The notes beneath the pieces were generated by a model, which made no database searches, was not told where the DNA came from, and worked only from the letters and a program-made list of their open reading frames with translations. From NCBI GenBank assembly GCA_017676145.1, contig GCA_017676145.1_3628.1: a stretch of 64,000 nt of DNA; one strand, given 5' to 3'. Below, piece by piece: positions 48,400 to 57,688 of the stretch; position 1 is the first letter of the stretch, and every line of letters begins with the position of its first letter. Origin of the DNA: a phage. The position numbers were made by a program, and so were the translations under genes.

Positions 48400-49113
48400 A
48401 TGCTGAATACCAAATTAATTGACAACCTGGAAAAACTGTCCCAACCTGAAAACTACCTTTGGTCTGCCAACTGGGTGGAAAACTGGAACCGTGTGGCAGC
48501 TAAAGTGAAAAAATCATACACACCATTCGAATTACAGCTTAGCTTCATTGAGGAAGAGTTCAATGAAGTTTTGGAAGAGCTGGAGAAAGGTGATGGCGGA
48601 GATCACCTGCTAAAAGAGGCCTGCGATCTTCACGTTGTCACAAGTTATGCCGCTTATCTTGTTAATGATAATCACGAAAAGTGGTCAAACCTGTTTGATA
48701 ATCCACAGGGTCTTAAGTTCAAGATCGGTGAGTTCTATGATACACTGATCGCTGCGAAAAACACCTCTAAGCAAAAAGCGTCCGCTTACCGCTTAGCAGA
48801 GTTGTCAACAGCTTTGCTGTTCCAGCTTCGCGGCGATGTGTGCGGGATGATGCGTAAGGTTCTCAAATCGAATGACAGCAAGTTTGCACGAGTCAACCAT
48901 CTACGGTATTCACACGGTGCCAGTGCAGATATGCCTGCTGAACAACTCATCGAGTTGGAGATTAAAGATCTTGAGCGACGCTTTGATGGTCGATATGAAG
49001 GTTTTGTTGCTAAGGAAGAATTCTACAACGGAAATAAAGTTATCATATTCCTCGACAGTAAAGGTAAGATTATGAAGCCTTCAAGCTTCAAGGATGTAAC
49101 AGAATATATTTAA
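48400..49113 (+). CDS. MazG-like nucleotide pyrophosphohydrolase
   Basis: EEEFNEVLEELEKGD and LLKEACDL acidic helix motifs. Confidence 0.45.
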   Translation: MLNTKLIDNLEKLSQPENYLWSANWVENWNRVAAKVKKSYTPFELQLSFIEEEFNEVLEELEKGDGGDHLLKEACDLHVVTSYAAYLVNDNHEKWSNLFDNPQGLKFKIGEFYDTLIAAKNTSKQKASAYRLAELSTALLFQLRGDVCGMMRKVLKSNDSKFARVNHLRYSHGASADMPAEQLIELEIKDLERRFDGRYEGFVAKEEFYNGNKVIIFLDSKGKIMKPSSFKDVTEYI

Positions 49114-49119
49114 CAACAT

Positions 49120-49147
49120 AGCCGGGGCGATCCCGGCTTTACTTGTT
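49120..49147 (+). terminator. rho-independent terminator
   Basis: GCCGGG-GCGAT-CCCGGC hairpin followed by TTTACTTGTTT. Confidence 0.5.
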
Positions 49148-49177
49148 TCGGAAAGTATGCAAGTGAGGTAGAAAGTT

Positions 49178-49486
49178 ATGTACAAGCACTCCAGAGACCT
49201 TGAAAACGATGCTGTGTTTGGAGATCAGATGAAAGAATTGGTTAAACTTATAGGTAGGATAGAGGATAAGTTTGACACTAAGATCTACATCGACAGCAAA
49301 GTATTCAACCACAAAATATGGACAAATCTGTGTGTTGGACTACATGGAGATAAGGATGTGGTAAATTTAGTTGTAATTAAGTTCATAGTGTGGCAGAATA
49401 GAACCATAAGTTATTACGATCCGCACCTACTTGTTTACCCGATAAAAGATCTATTAGAGAAGGAGGACTGCAATGCCGTTATTTAA
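49178..49486 (+). CDS. hypothetical protein
   Basis: 102 aa ORF. Confidence 0.3.
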   Translation: MYKHSRDLENDAVFGDQMKELVKLIGRIEDKFDTKIYIDSKVFNHKIWTNLCVGLHGDKDVVNLVVIKFIVWQNRTISYYDPHLLVYPIKDLLEKEDCNAVI

Positions 49487-49742
49487 TCTTGCTAAACCTG
49501 TAGAAGCACACCAGTTTGATGGAAGCTCTTCATCAGTATCTGATCTGCAACGGTGGATTGATACAGGTGTGTTTACATCGTCACCTGTTCGAACCAGAGA
49601 TATTCTTCGCATGTGTGAGCTTGTCGAGCCGTTTGGTAACCTTGTCTTGTACCAAGGGGATTGGTTAGTTGACTTTATGGGAGACTGGTTGGTAATGAGC
49701 AAAGAAGAGATGTTTAAAATTTTTAAGGAAGAGGCTGAGTAA
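49473..49742 (+). CDS. hypothetical protein
   Basis: 89 aa ORF, overlaps neighbours. Confidence 0.3.
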   Translation: MPLFNLAKPVEAHQFDGSSSSVSDLQRWIDTGVFTSSPVRTRDILRMCELVEPFGNLVLYQGDWLVDFMGDWLVMSKEEMFKIFKEEAE

Positions 49743-51025
49743 TGCATCAGATCAAAACAACACTGTACGCACTGAACAAAGATGGCAGCTACCAACAGTG
49801 GAAAGTATTCACGGATGGTGATAAGGTTATCGTAGAGTTTGGCAAGCTTGATGGTAAACTGCAATACAAAGAGACGATCTGCACACCTAAGAACGTTGGT
49901 CGTGCCAATGAAACTACAGCTGAGCAACAGGCTGAGCTGGAAGCGATCAGTAAGTGGGAAAAACAAGTCCGTCTGGGGTATGTTGAAAATATGGAAGATT
50001 GCGAGCAGGGTGTTGACCTTTTACCCATGCTGGTGCATGACTACCTGAAGCGTGGAAAGGCACTTAAATTACCTTGCTGGATCTTGCGTAAGTTAGATGG
50101 CCTTCGTCTACTTGTTGTTTTCCAAAATGGTGAGCCTAAATTTATTTCCCGTGGTAATAAGTCCTACCCTATTCAAGGAAAGCTTCTGGAGCAACTTCGT
50201 TCTTTCCACTTCACCACCGGGATTAAACAGCTCGACGGAGAGATCTATATTCATGGCCTGCCTCTGCAGAAAATAGTGTCTCTTGCTAAACGGTGGCGCA
50301 CACAGGAAGAGATTCAGGCCGAGATCGATAAAGACTACGAGGCAGATAAAAAACGCCGTCATGCCGCAATTAAGGCAGGCTTATCAACATACAAAAACTT
50401 CAACAAGGTAGATATTCCTGTTGATGTTGAGCCTGTTCGTGATGATTTGCGTTACGGTGGGTACTGTAGCTACGATCTAGAGTATCACATTTTTGATATT
50501 CCTAGTGACAAGGTGTGGTGGGATCCAGAAACAGAATCTGGACGCTGCAAGGATCTTATGGATGTAGAAGATACCATTACCACTCTGATGCTTGACCATA
50601 TCAAGGTTGTTGACGCAGAGCTTGCGTACACAGTTGATCATTGCGAAGAATCTGTCGGTGTATTCATGTCCGAAGGGTATGAAGGTACTATCATGCGTAA
50701 CTTCTGTGGTAAATACGAATACGGTCAGCGAACATCTGAAGCATTGAAATGGAAAAAGTTCAACGATGCTGAGGTGAAAGTTATTGACGTTGAGAAAGAT
50801 AAGAATGATGAAGGTGTTCTTATCTGTGTTGACAAGGAAGGTATTGTTGTTAAAATGAAGATGAAAGGTACGCACGAGGAGCGTAGCTATGACAGGATGC
50901 AGGAAATGATCGGCAAGTTTGTCACCTTCAAATATCAAGCAAGGACAGAAGACAACAACTACCAATTCCCTGTCGGTATCTGCGTCCGAAATGTTAACCC
51001 AGACACTTGGGAGGTGCTGGAATAA
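49742..51025 (+). CDS. ATP-dependent DNA ligase
   Basis: motif I KLDGLR, motif III LDGEIYIHG, motif V-like LKWKKF. Confidence 0.65.
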   Translation: MHQIKTTLYALNKDGSYQQWKVFTDGDKVIVEFGKLDGKLQYKETICTPKNVGRANETTAEQQAELEAISKWEKQVRLGYVENMEDCEQGVDLLPMLVHDYLKRGKALKLPCWILRKLDGLRLLVVFQNGEPKFISRGNKSYPIQGKLLEQLRSFHFTTGIKQLDGEIYIHGLPLQKIVSLAKRWRTQEEIQAEIDKDYEADKKRRHAAIKAGLSTYKNFNKVDIPVDVEPVRDDLRYGGYCSYDLEYHIFDIPSDKVWWDPETESGRCKDLMDVEDTITTLMLDHIKVVDAELAYTVDHCEESVGVFMSEGYEGTIMRNFCGKYEYGQRTSEALKWKKFNDAEVKVIDVEKDKNDEGVLICVDKEGIVVKMKMKGTHEERSYDRMQEMIGKFVTFKYQARTEDNNYQFPVGICVRNVNPDTWEVLE

Positions 51026-51166
51026 TTTAGGTATGTTTAGTAGATAACGGTAGCCAATTGAATGAGTGTTTTCAATTGGCACCTACATATGCCCTGATGT
51101 ATGCACTGTGCAACCTAGCCACGTGCTGATCAGGGCTCGTTATGAGTGAACTGGAGAGTATGAAAA

Positions 51167-51637
51167 ATGAAACTTGATAAAAATGTTCAACGAAAAGCTT
51201 TCTTGGATATGATCGCATATTCAGAAGGTACAGATAATGGTAGACAACCTACCAAGGATCGGGGCTACGATGTCATAGTCGGGGGCAAGCTGTTTAGCGA
51301 TTACAGTAAGCATCCAGGTGTTTACGTTAAACTAAATGCTAAACTTACCTCCTCTGCTGCTGGGCGTTACCAGATTCTGGAGAAGTTTGCTAAACACTAT
51401 ATGAAACAGTTAGGATTACCAGATTTTGGCCCTACCAGTCAGGACAAGATTGCGTTGCAACTGATCCGTGAGTGTAAGGCGCTCGATGATATTGATGAAG
51501 GTCGTATTCACCAGGCCATCCATCTTTGCAGATCCCGATGGGCAAGCCTTCCAGGTGCAGGGTACGGTCAGCACGAACAGAAGATCGAAAAGTTGATCGA
51601 GGTGTTTAAAAAGTCAGGCGGCGTTGTCCTGGATTAA
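51167..51637 (+). CDS. endolysin, lambda R-like lytic transglycosylase
   Basis: RKAFLDMIAYSEGTDNGRQ, GYDVIVGG, AAGRYQIL, WASLPGAGYGQ blocks closely parallel lambda R (recalled from memory). Confidence 0.85.
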   Translation: MKLDKNVQRKAFLDMIAYSEGTDNGRQPTKDRGYDVIVGGKLFSDYSKHPGVYVKLNAKLTSSAAGRYQILEKFAKHYMKQLGLPDFGPTSQDKIALQLIRECKALDDIDEGRIHQAIHLCRSRWASLPGAGYGQHEQKIEKLIEVFKKSGGVVLD

Positions 51638-51640
51638 TCA

Positions 51641-51669
51641 TTGACATAACCATACGGATGTGGTATTGT
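51641..51669 (+). promoter_or_regulatory. sigma70-like promoter candidate
   Basis: TTGACA (51641-51646), 17 nt spacer, TATTGT (51664-51669). Confidence 0.3.
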
Positions 51670-51700
51670 TGCCTCATAGAATGTTCAGGAGGGTTTAACC

Positions 51701-51907
51701 ATGAAAGATTTTCTGTTGGCAATTTTGTTCATGGCAGCATGCCTTGTCTGTGGTGTCGTGTTTGCAGGTGAGACAGCGTACCTTGTAGATGTATATCGGG
51801 ACAATGGTAAACGTATTTGCCTTTATGAGACAAGCCAAGGTGAGCTATATGAGCTTGTGAAACAAGGTGAGGCAGGTTCCTGCCCTCGCACCCATTTCTT
51901 TGAATGA
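51701..51907 (+). CDS. small membrane protein next to endolysin (holin candidate)
   Basis: 68 aa; N-terminal hydrophobic segment FLLAILFMAACLVCGVVFAG; no classical lipobox. Confidence 0.3.
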   Translation: MKDFLLAILFMAACLVCGVVFAGETAYLVDVYRDNGKRICLYETSQGELYELVKQGEAGSCPRTHFFE

Positions 51908-51916
51908 GGAGGATAC

Positions 51917-52381
51917 GTGGAAGACGGACGTTTAATGAAGTCTGAACGCAGGCTTATTGTGCAACTGATCCCAGAAACAGCTTGGTATAATAACCTCCGA
52001 AACGCTGTGAAGAAGAGTGAGTGGGATAAGATCCGTAAGAAGTGCTACAGAGAAGCCAACTACACTTGCGAGGTGTGTGGTGGCAAAGGTAGCAAACACC
52101 CTGTGGAGTGTCATGAACTTTACACCTTCGAAGAGGGGGTGATCCGGCTTGTCGGACTGATAGCCCTGTGCCCAGATTGTCACACATCGGTGCATCCTGG
52201 GTTAGCAAATATCCGTGGGAAATATGCTCAGGCAGTTAATCAGTTGGCTAAGGTAAATAAGATCACTAAGGGCATGGCTGAAGCTTATTACCGAGACTGC
52301 TTTGCAGAGTGGCGGGAGCTTAGTAAAGTTCCGGAATGGAAGACCGACTTTTCGTGGATAGAGGGTTACCTTGATGGCTAA
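51917..52381 (+). CDS. zinc-finger protein, possible HNH-type nuclease
   Basis: CEVCGG...ECHELYT...CPDCHTSVH cysteine/histidine pattern. Confidence 0.35.
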   Translation: MEDGRLMKSERRLIVQLIPETAWYNNLRNAVKKSEWDKIRKKCYREANYTCEVCGGKGSKHPVECHELYTFEEGVIRLVGLIALCPDCHTSVHPGLANIRGKYAQAVNQLAKVNKITKGMAEAYYRDCFAEWRELSKVPEWKTDFSWIEGYLDG

Positions 52382-52664
52382 GAAACCTGTAAAAGAAAAA
52401 TTTGATAAGACAGCTTTTGTATTCGATACACCTCTGGACGACATTATTAGAGGTATGCAATCATTGTACCGGAAGGCTGAATCTGATCAGTTGTCTGAAT
52501 CAGAACTTTACTGGCTTGGTTGGTGGGAGCTAAACCTTCCTAAAGCTGAAAGTTCTTGTCTGAGAACTGTTAAAACGTGCGCCCAAGAAAACGCTGCACT
52601 TGGAATCTACCACAAAAGGAAAAGATCAACAAAAAGCTCTCCAAGGAAGACTAAAAAGTCTTGA
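52371..52664 (+). CDS. hypothetical protein with basic C-terminus
   Basis: 97 aa ORF. Confidence 0.3.
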   Translation: MMAKKPVKEKFDKTAFVFDTPLDDIIRGMQSLYRKAESDQLSESELYWLGWWELNLPKAESSCLRTVKTCAQENAALGIYHKRKRSTKSSPRKTKKS

Positions 52665-52690
52665 CAAAAGTGTTATTAATCTGATATTAT
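52661..52690 (+). promoter_or_regulatory. sigma70-like promoter candidate
   Basis: TTGACA (52661-52666), 18 nt spacer, TATTAT (52685-52690); AGGAG and ATG at 52724 downstream. Confidence 0.45.
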
Positions 52691-52723
52691 CATTCAGATA
52701 TTTATAAACCAGGAGAACTAGAT

Positions 52724-53032
52724 ATGCTTAAAATTTTTATTGTTGAAGATAAAGATATTGTCCAGTTGTATGCAAACGAGAATCATAAAGGTATGATCCT
52801 GAAGAAGGCAAGCAACCTTCATGAAAACACCATTCAACCTGGCGATGTAATTAAGATCTGTGGCTATCTGATACCAGACTCCTTGATGAAAATAACCCAC
52901 CACTGGGGGTCTAATCCGTTCCTTTTTGAAAAATATTGGGATGTTGAGTCGCTTATTGCAGAGAGTGATGATGCATTCCATTACAGCATCCAACCATCTT
53001 GCAGAGTAACTAACAGGAGGGTCTTTGAGTAG
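52724..53032 (+). CDS. hypothetical protein
   Basis: 102 aa ORF with AGGAG Shine-Dalgarno. Confidence 0.3.
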   Translation: MLKIFIVEDKDIVQLYANENHKGMILKKASNLHENTIQPGDVIKICGYLIPDSLMKITHHWGSNPFLFEKYWDVESLIAESDDAFHYSIQPSCRVTNRRVFE

Positions 53033-54164
53033 AGAATATCCACTTATTGAGTCCATAGATTGTCTAGCTAATCTTCTTGAACCTGACGCTATAGTTTATT
53101 ATGACTTCGATCAGGTTGCATATCAAGCTGCAGCAAGTTGCGAAAAAAGGACAATTGAGGTAACACACAAAGCCTCCGGACGTAAGAAGATGTTTAAAAC
53201 ACGAACAGAGTTCTGGGGGCGGCAGAAGAACACAGTTGGTGGTTGGTTAAAAGCTGAGAATACCAACCGTGAAGCTGCATGTAAAAAGGCTGGCAAGGAG
53301 TTTATTCCGTGGACACGAGAAGATTTCGATGTCTTGGATATCCAAACCCCTGATCCTGTAGAGAACTGCTTGCACACAATTAAGTGTAAAGCTAATGCAG
53401 TCCTTAATTATCTCGGTATTCCGGAAGATCGGTGCGTGGGGGTACTTGGAGGCACAGGTAATTTCAGACTAGATCTTCCCATGCCGGAAAGATATAAAGC
53501 CAACCGTAACAACACTCTTCGACCACTGCTGCTTGGAGATGCAAGACAGTATCTCCAAAAGCAGTATAATGCTCAAGTGATCAACGGTATCGAGGCTGAC
53601 GACTGGTTAGCTATCCAGCAATTTGAAGGTTGGAACCACTACCAAAAAACAGGTAAGTTCAACAAGTTTATTATCTCTATTGATAAGGACCAAAGAACAC
53701 TACCGGGGCTTGTGTTCGATCCCATGCGAAACGATAAGGGAGATTTTGTAAGGGAAACCCCTATGCTGATCGATAACGGTATGGGGAACATCTTCATGAA
53801 GCCTAATGGAGAGGTTGGTGGTTACGGGATGCTGTTCTTCGGATACCAAATGCTGTGTGGTGACTCTGCTGACAATATCAAGCCGTATCAAGGACTTATC
53901 GGTAAGGGTAAGTTCGGGGATGCCTCAGCATTCTACCTACTGTCTCAGTGCAGCACTCCAAAGGAGATGTGGGTGGCTATTATTGATCAGTACAAGAAGT
54001 GGTTCCCGAAAGGTGTTGTTAAGTATACTGACTTCAATGGTATTGATCGCAGAATTTCCGTAGGTCAATGGATGAGTATAATTTTTGACTGTTTGTATAT
54101 GAAGCGAACATTCAATGATCAAACAAAACTTGTTAACGTTCTTAGAAATGTTGGAGCAATTTGA
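53025..54164 (+). CDS. flap endonuclease / 5'-3' exonuclease
   Basis: LCGDSADNIKPYQGLIGKGKFGDASAFYLL matches the H3TH motif of FEN-family nucleases. Confidence 0.7.
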   Translation: MSREYPLIESIDCLANLLEPDAIVYYDFDQVAYQAAASCEKRTIEVTHKASGRKKMFKTRTEFWGRQKNTVGGWLKAENTNREAACKKAGKEFIPWTREDFDVLDIQTPDPVENCLHTIKCKANAVLNYLGIPEDRCVGVLGGTGNFRLDLPMPERYKANRNNTLRPLLLGDARQYLQKQYNAQVINGIEADDWLAIQQFEGWNHYQKTGKFNKFIISIDKDQRTLPGLVFDPMRNDKGDFVRETPMLIDNGMGNIFMKPNGEVGGYGMLFFGYQMLCGDSADNIKPYQGLIGKGKFGDASAFYLLSQCSTPKEMWVAIIDQYKKWFPKGVVKYTDFNGIDRRISVGQWMSIIFDCLYMKRTFNDQTKLVNVLRNVGAI

Positions 54165-54496
54165 TGACTAAAAATGCTGTAGATAACGCAATTATGGAAG
54201 CTGTTTTTGAGGATGATCATACAACAGGGACACTTAAAACAAAAAACACATTCGTTGTTGCCACAGGTGTGTGGCGGTTGTATGAAGATGACACCATTTC
54301 ATACATCCTGTACACTGATGATTACGCAGATGACCGTGTATGGTCTGCTGTTTTAAAAGAGGATTGTGAGCTGATTGAGGGCGAGCGGTTATGCATGTTC
54401 ACCAGTGTGGAAACAGATGTTAAGCTTTGCTCTCTCGTCTTGTTCAAAGATAAGGCTTATGCTCCTGATGAAGGAGAGGAGGATGAGGAAGCATGA
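54161..54496 (+). CDS. hypothetical protein
   Basis: 111 aa ORF. Confidence 0.3.
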   Translation: MMTKNAVDNAIMEAVFEDDHTTGTLKTKNTFVVATGVWRLYEDDTISYILYTDDYADDRVWSAVLKEDCELIEGERLCMFTSVETDVKLCSLVLFKDKAYAPDEGEEDEEA

Positions 54497-55122
54497 GAGA
54501 GCGTCTATTATCCATAGACCAGTCGTTGACACACACAGCTTGCGTTGTATGGGACGATGGAAAGCCTGTTCATAAGGTTGTGTTACGAACTCAAAGCTCA
54601 TCTGCAAAAGAGAAGAAACCAGGGACGGTTTCTTTTGCAACAGCTGCTGAGCGTATTGACTGGATCTGCAAACAGGTTAGATATTATATCCACACGCACG
54701 GCGTTGACACCGTGGTAATGGAAGGGCTCTCCTTCGGATCGCGAGGGGATGCTACACGTGAACTGGCTGGGTTGTTTTACGGTCTTGAAGTTATGTTATG
54801 GGATGCTTTAGCGGATTGTGAAAATGACGGCCTGTTTAAGGTCCACACAGTGACACCTACAACTGCCAAAAAGTTTGCTCGTAGTCATCTACCTGAAGAA
54901 CTTGCTTTTGAGGAGAAGAAAAAGCTTGACAAAAAGACAGGTAAAGAGCATACTGTGAAGAAACCTGTTACGATGGATAAAAAGTTGATGGTCAAGGCCT
55001 GCGAAGTATCTGAACCGGGGTTCCTAGATGGGATCAATTTAGTACAAGGTAAGGCCGATCTTGCAGATGCTTATTGGATAGGCAGGGCGCATCTGGAGGG
55101 ATTATCGCAAAGCGTAAAATAA
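54493..55122 (+). CDS. RuvC-like resolvase candidate
   Basis: LSIDQSLTHTACVV and VVMEGLSFGSRG resemble RuvC-fold catalytic strands. Confidence 0.4.
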   Translation: MRERLLSIDQSLTHTACVVWDDGKPVHKVVLRTQSSSAKEKKPGTVSFATAAERIDWICKQVRYYIHTHGVDTVVMEGLSFGSRGDATRELAGLFYGLEVMLWDALADCENDGLFKVHTVTPTTAKKFARSHLPEELAFEEKKKLDKKTGKEHTVKKPVTMDKKLMVKACEVSEPGFLDGINLVQGKADLADAYWIGRAHLEGLSQSVK

Positions 55123-55679
55123 GAAAGAAAGCTGTCAAAGCCCCCGTTCATAGCGGGTGGCTAAAAGATTCTAAAGATATAGCTAACTTTCGGAAAGAAT
55201 TGTCAGAAGAGCAGGATGGTCTTGATCCGATCTTGTGCGAACCACTTCGTAAGCCTTGTTTAGATCACGATCATCTGACTGGTCGTTGTAGAGGTGTTTT
55301 GTCCCAATGCACTAATACCTTTGAGGGGTATGTGCTTAAATACTGGATGAAATACTGTAACGAGTATACAGATTGCAGTTTATCAGAGGCGTTGCGCCGG
55401 ATGGCTGACTATCTGGAGAAAGACTACAGCGACTTCCCGCTCCACAAAAACTACAGAGATGATATGACAAAGTTCTTGAGGAGATGCTCTAAGGCTACGA
55501 TTATTGCACGGGCAGAATCGGATCTCGATCTTGTCATTAATTCAGAGTACACCAAGCATGAGGCTATTGAGGCATACATGCAGGAGTTTATAAAGAAAAC
55601 TGAGGAGAGAGATTTCTATGGGGATGAAAAAGGTATTCAATCCTTGCGATTCAGTTCTGATCAGAATGAAATACCGTAA
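55074..55679 (+). CDS. endonuclease VII-like junction resolvase (T4 gp49-like)
   Basis: CLDHDHLTGRCRGVLSQCTNTFEG parallels T4 endo VII zinc/His-Me finger region; true start may be downstream of 55074. Confidence 0.65.
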   Translation: MDRQGASGGIIAKRKIRKKAVKAPVHSGWLKDSKDIANFRKELSEEQDGLDPILCEPLRKPCLDHDHLTGRCRGVLSQCTNTFEGYVLKYWMKYCNEYTDCSLSEALRRMADYLEKDYSDFPLHKNYRDDMTKFLRRCSKATIIARAESDLDLVINSEYTKHEAIEAYMQEFIKKTEERDFYGDEKGIQSLRFSSDQNEIP

Positions 55680-55839
55680 CTGGAAAGGTGTTGTTGCAGA
55701 TCGCTGCGTTACTGAGCCTAGTTTATGGTTTGGATCTACAGAGTATCATAAAGAAGAGCAGTGGTTGATGCATGCATTTGATGTAGACAAGGGCGAATAT
55801 CGTGACTTCGCTTTAAAAGACATTCTTCAGTTTTACTAA
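55618..55839 (+). CDS. hypothetical protein
   Basis: 73 aa ORF. Confidence 0.25.
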   Translation: MGMKKVFNPCDSVLIRMKYRNWKGVVADRCVTEPSLWFGSTEYHKEEQWLMHAFDVDKGEYRDFALKDILQFY

Positions 55840-55851
55840 GGAATCTTAACG

Positions 55852-56835
55852 ATGATGACAAAGTTAACTCTTGAGCAAATTTTAACACTGAAGCAACAGG
55901 GATACACTAATAGACAAATTGCTCGTGAATTTTTAGGTCGTGAGTCACGTGAGAGCTGGATCCGGCTACAGCTTAAACGTGCACAAGAGAATATGTCAGA
56001 GATTGTAGGAGAGGCAACGGAGCGCTTCCTTGAAGAACACAAAGGTGCTAAAGTTTGGGTGTATGATACAGAAACATCCCCAACAAACGGCTGGTTCTTT
56101 GGGCATTATAAGACCAACATTCAAACCTGCGGTATTGAAATTATGCCCTATATGCTAACTTTCGCAGGTAAATGGTTAGACAGCCCTAGCGTGGTTGACT
56201 GTGCTCTCCCTGATTACAAAATGTGGGGCGAGGATATCCACAACGATCTTGAGCTGATTCAAGATTTGTGGTATTATTTGGATAAATGTGATGTCGCAGT
56301 AGCACACAACTCTGGTTTTGACTGTGGGTGGGCCAACCAACGATTTGCATTTCACGGTTTGCCGCCAACAAGCCCCTACAAAGAGGTTGACACCCTCAAG
56401 ATGATTAAAAAGGCATTCCGTTTGAATGCAAACACGTTAGAGTATGCATGTAAATACTTCCAACTGGCCCGACAGAAACTAATTGACCACACATTTGAAA
56501 TGTGGATCAAGTGCGTTCATGGTGATCTTGAGGCGTTTAAACAGATGCGGGAGTATAATGTTGGGGACATCTTGTCTCTGGAAGGCCTGTATTTGCTGGC
56601 GCGTCCGTTTGCTAAGCAGCACCCCAACATGTCGTTGTACTACCAAGATGAGGAGTCAAAAGTTCGTTGCCCACGTTGTGGTGGAGAACACCTTCACGAG
56701 GAAGAGGCTTTGGCGTATACTCAACTGAGTGCATTTAAAACCTACCGCTGCGAAGGTTGTGGATCTGTTGTTCGTGATCGTAACAACATCCGTACCCGAG
56801 AAGAGATGAAAAACACCCTGATTCAGATAATCTGA
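55852..56835 (+). CDS. DEDDh 3'-5' exonuclease with N-terminal helix-turn-helix and C-terminal zinc ribbon
   Basis: Exo I VWVYDTETS, Exo II VAHNSGFD; N-terminal LTLEQILTLKQQGYTNRQIAREFL; C-terminal CPRCGG...CEGCG. Confidence 0.6.
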   Translation: MMTKLTLEQILTLKQQGYTNRQIAREFLGRESRESWIRLQLKRAQENMSEIVGEATERFLEEHKGAKVWVYDTETSPTNGWFFGHYKTNIQTCGIEIMPYMLTFAGKWLDSPSVVDCALPDYKMWGEDIHNDLELIQDLWYYLDKCDVAVAHNSGFDCGWANQRFAFHGLPPTSPYKEVDTLKMIKKAFRLNANTLEYACKYFQLARQKLIDHTFEMWIKCVHGDLEAFKQMREYNVGDILSLEGLYLLARPFAKQHPNMSLYYQDEESKVRCPRCGGEHLHEEEALAYTQLSAFKTYRCEGCGSVVRDRNNIRTREEMKNTLIQII

Positions 56836-56843
56836 CAAGTAGA

Positions 56844-56872
56844 GGGAGGCTTGCGCCTCCCCTTTTCATTTT
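56844..56872 (+). terminator. rho-independent terminator
   Basis: GGGAGGC-TTGC-GCCTCCC hairpin followed by CTTTTCATTTT. Confidence 0.6.
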
Positions 56873-56881
56873 GGAGGCACC

Positions 56882-57688
56882 TTGAGCAAGAAAGAGTCCA
56901 ACGACAAATATTACACAGACCCTGAGTATGCAGAATATCTTGTTGGTAAAGTAAAAGCTAGGTATGGGAATTGTGCATACGTTGAGCCTTCTGCTGGAAA
57001 GGGTTCTTTTTCAAAACTATTTTCAGAGATACTGTCGTACGATTTGGTACCAGATCCTGAATTTGAAGGCCCAACACCGTGTATTAAGGCAAACTTCTTA
57101 GAGGTGTACCCTAAGGCTGATGTCTTCATAGGTAATCCTCCATTCGGCAAAAATTCGTCTTTAGCTTGCAAGTTCTTTAACCACTGTGCATCATTGCTAG
57201 AGCCTGGCGGGGCTATAGCCTTCATCTTGCCACGGACATTTGAAAAAATATTTTTTGCAAACAAGCTGGACATGTCAATGCACCTTATCTACAGCGAAAG
57301 GTGCCCCAAGAACTCGTTTTTACTTAACGACAAACCTTATGACGTGCCATGTGTTTTCCAAATTTGGGAGAAAAAGGTGTGCAATAGGGATCCTGTAGAG
57401 ATTGGAGAGAATAAGCTATTTTCTTTTAGCACACCGGATGACTACGACTTCTGCATAAGACGTGTTGGATATAATGCTGGAAAAGTATTGGGAGATGATG
57501 ACCCAAAATCTGAAGAATCAACATATTTCATAAAATCTTTAGTTGATGGTGTTGACAGAGTGTTTGCTGAATGCTATTCTTCTTTTCAAGAAGAAGCAGG
57601 TAAGACTGCTGGAATGAAGAGTATAGGCAAGAAAGAACTACAATACATTTTGGAGACTAGGTATGATCAAAAGTATAGACTTGACTAA
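56882..57688 (+). CDS. DNA N6-adenine methyltransferase (putative)
   Basis: TTG start after GGAGG; AdoMet motif VEPSAGKGSF and catalytic NPPF motif FIGNPPFG. Confidence 0.6.
   Translation: MSKKESNDKYYTDPEYAEYLVGKVKARYGNCAYVEPSAGKGSFSKLFSEILSYDLVPDPEFEGPTPCIKANFLEVYPKADVFIGNPPFGKNSSLACKFFNHCASLLEPGGAIAFILPRTFEKIFFANKLDMSMHLIYSERCPKNSFLLNDKPYDVPCVFQIWEKKVCNRDPVEIGENKLFSFSTPDDYDFCIRRVGYNAGKVLGDDDPKSEESTYFIKSLVDGVDRVFAECYSSFQEEAGKTAGMKSIGKKELQYILETRYDQKYRLD

Noticed and set aside
51701-51907. Lipoprotein (o-spanin) reading of the 68 aa ORF next to the endolysin
   Set aside because: The Cys is not in a classical lipobox and the hydrophobic stretch continues past it, so a transmembrane helix is more likely; a clear spanin pair already exists at 40281-40963.
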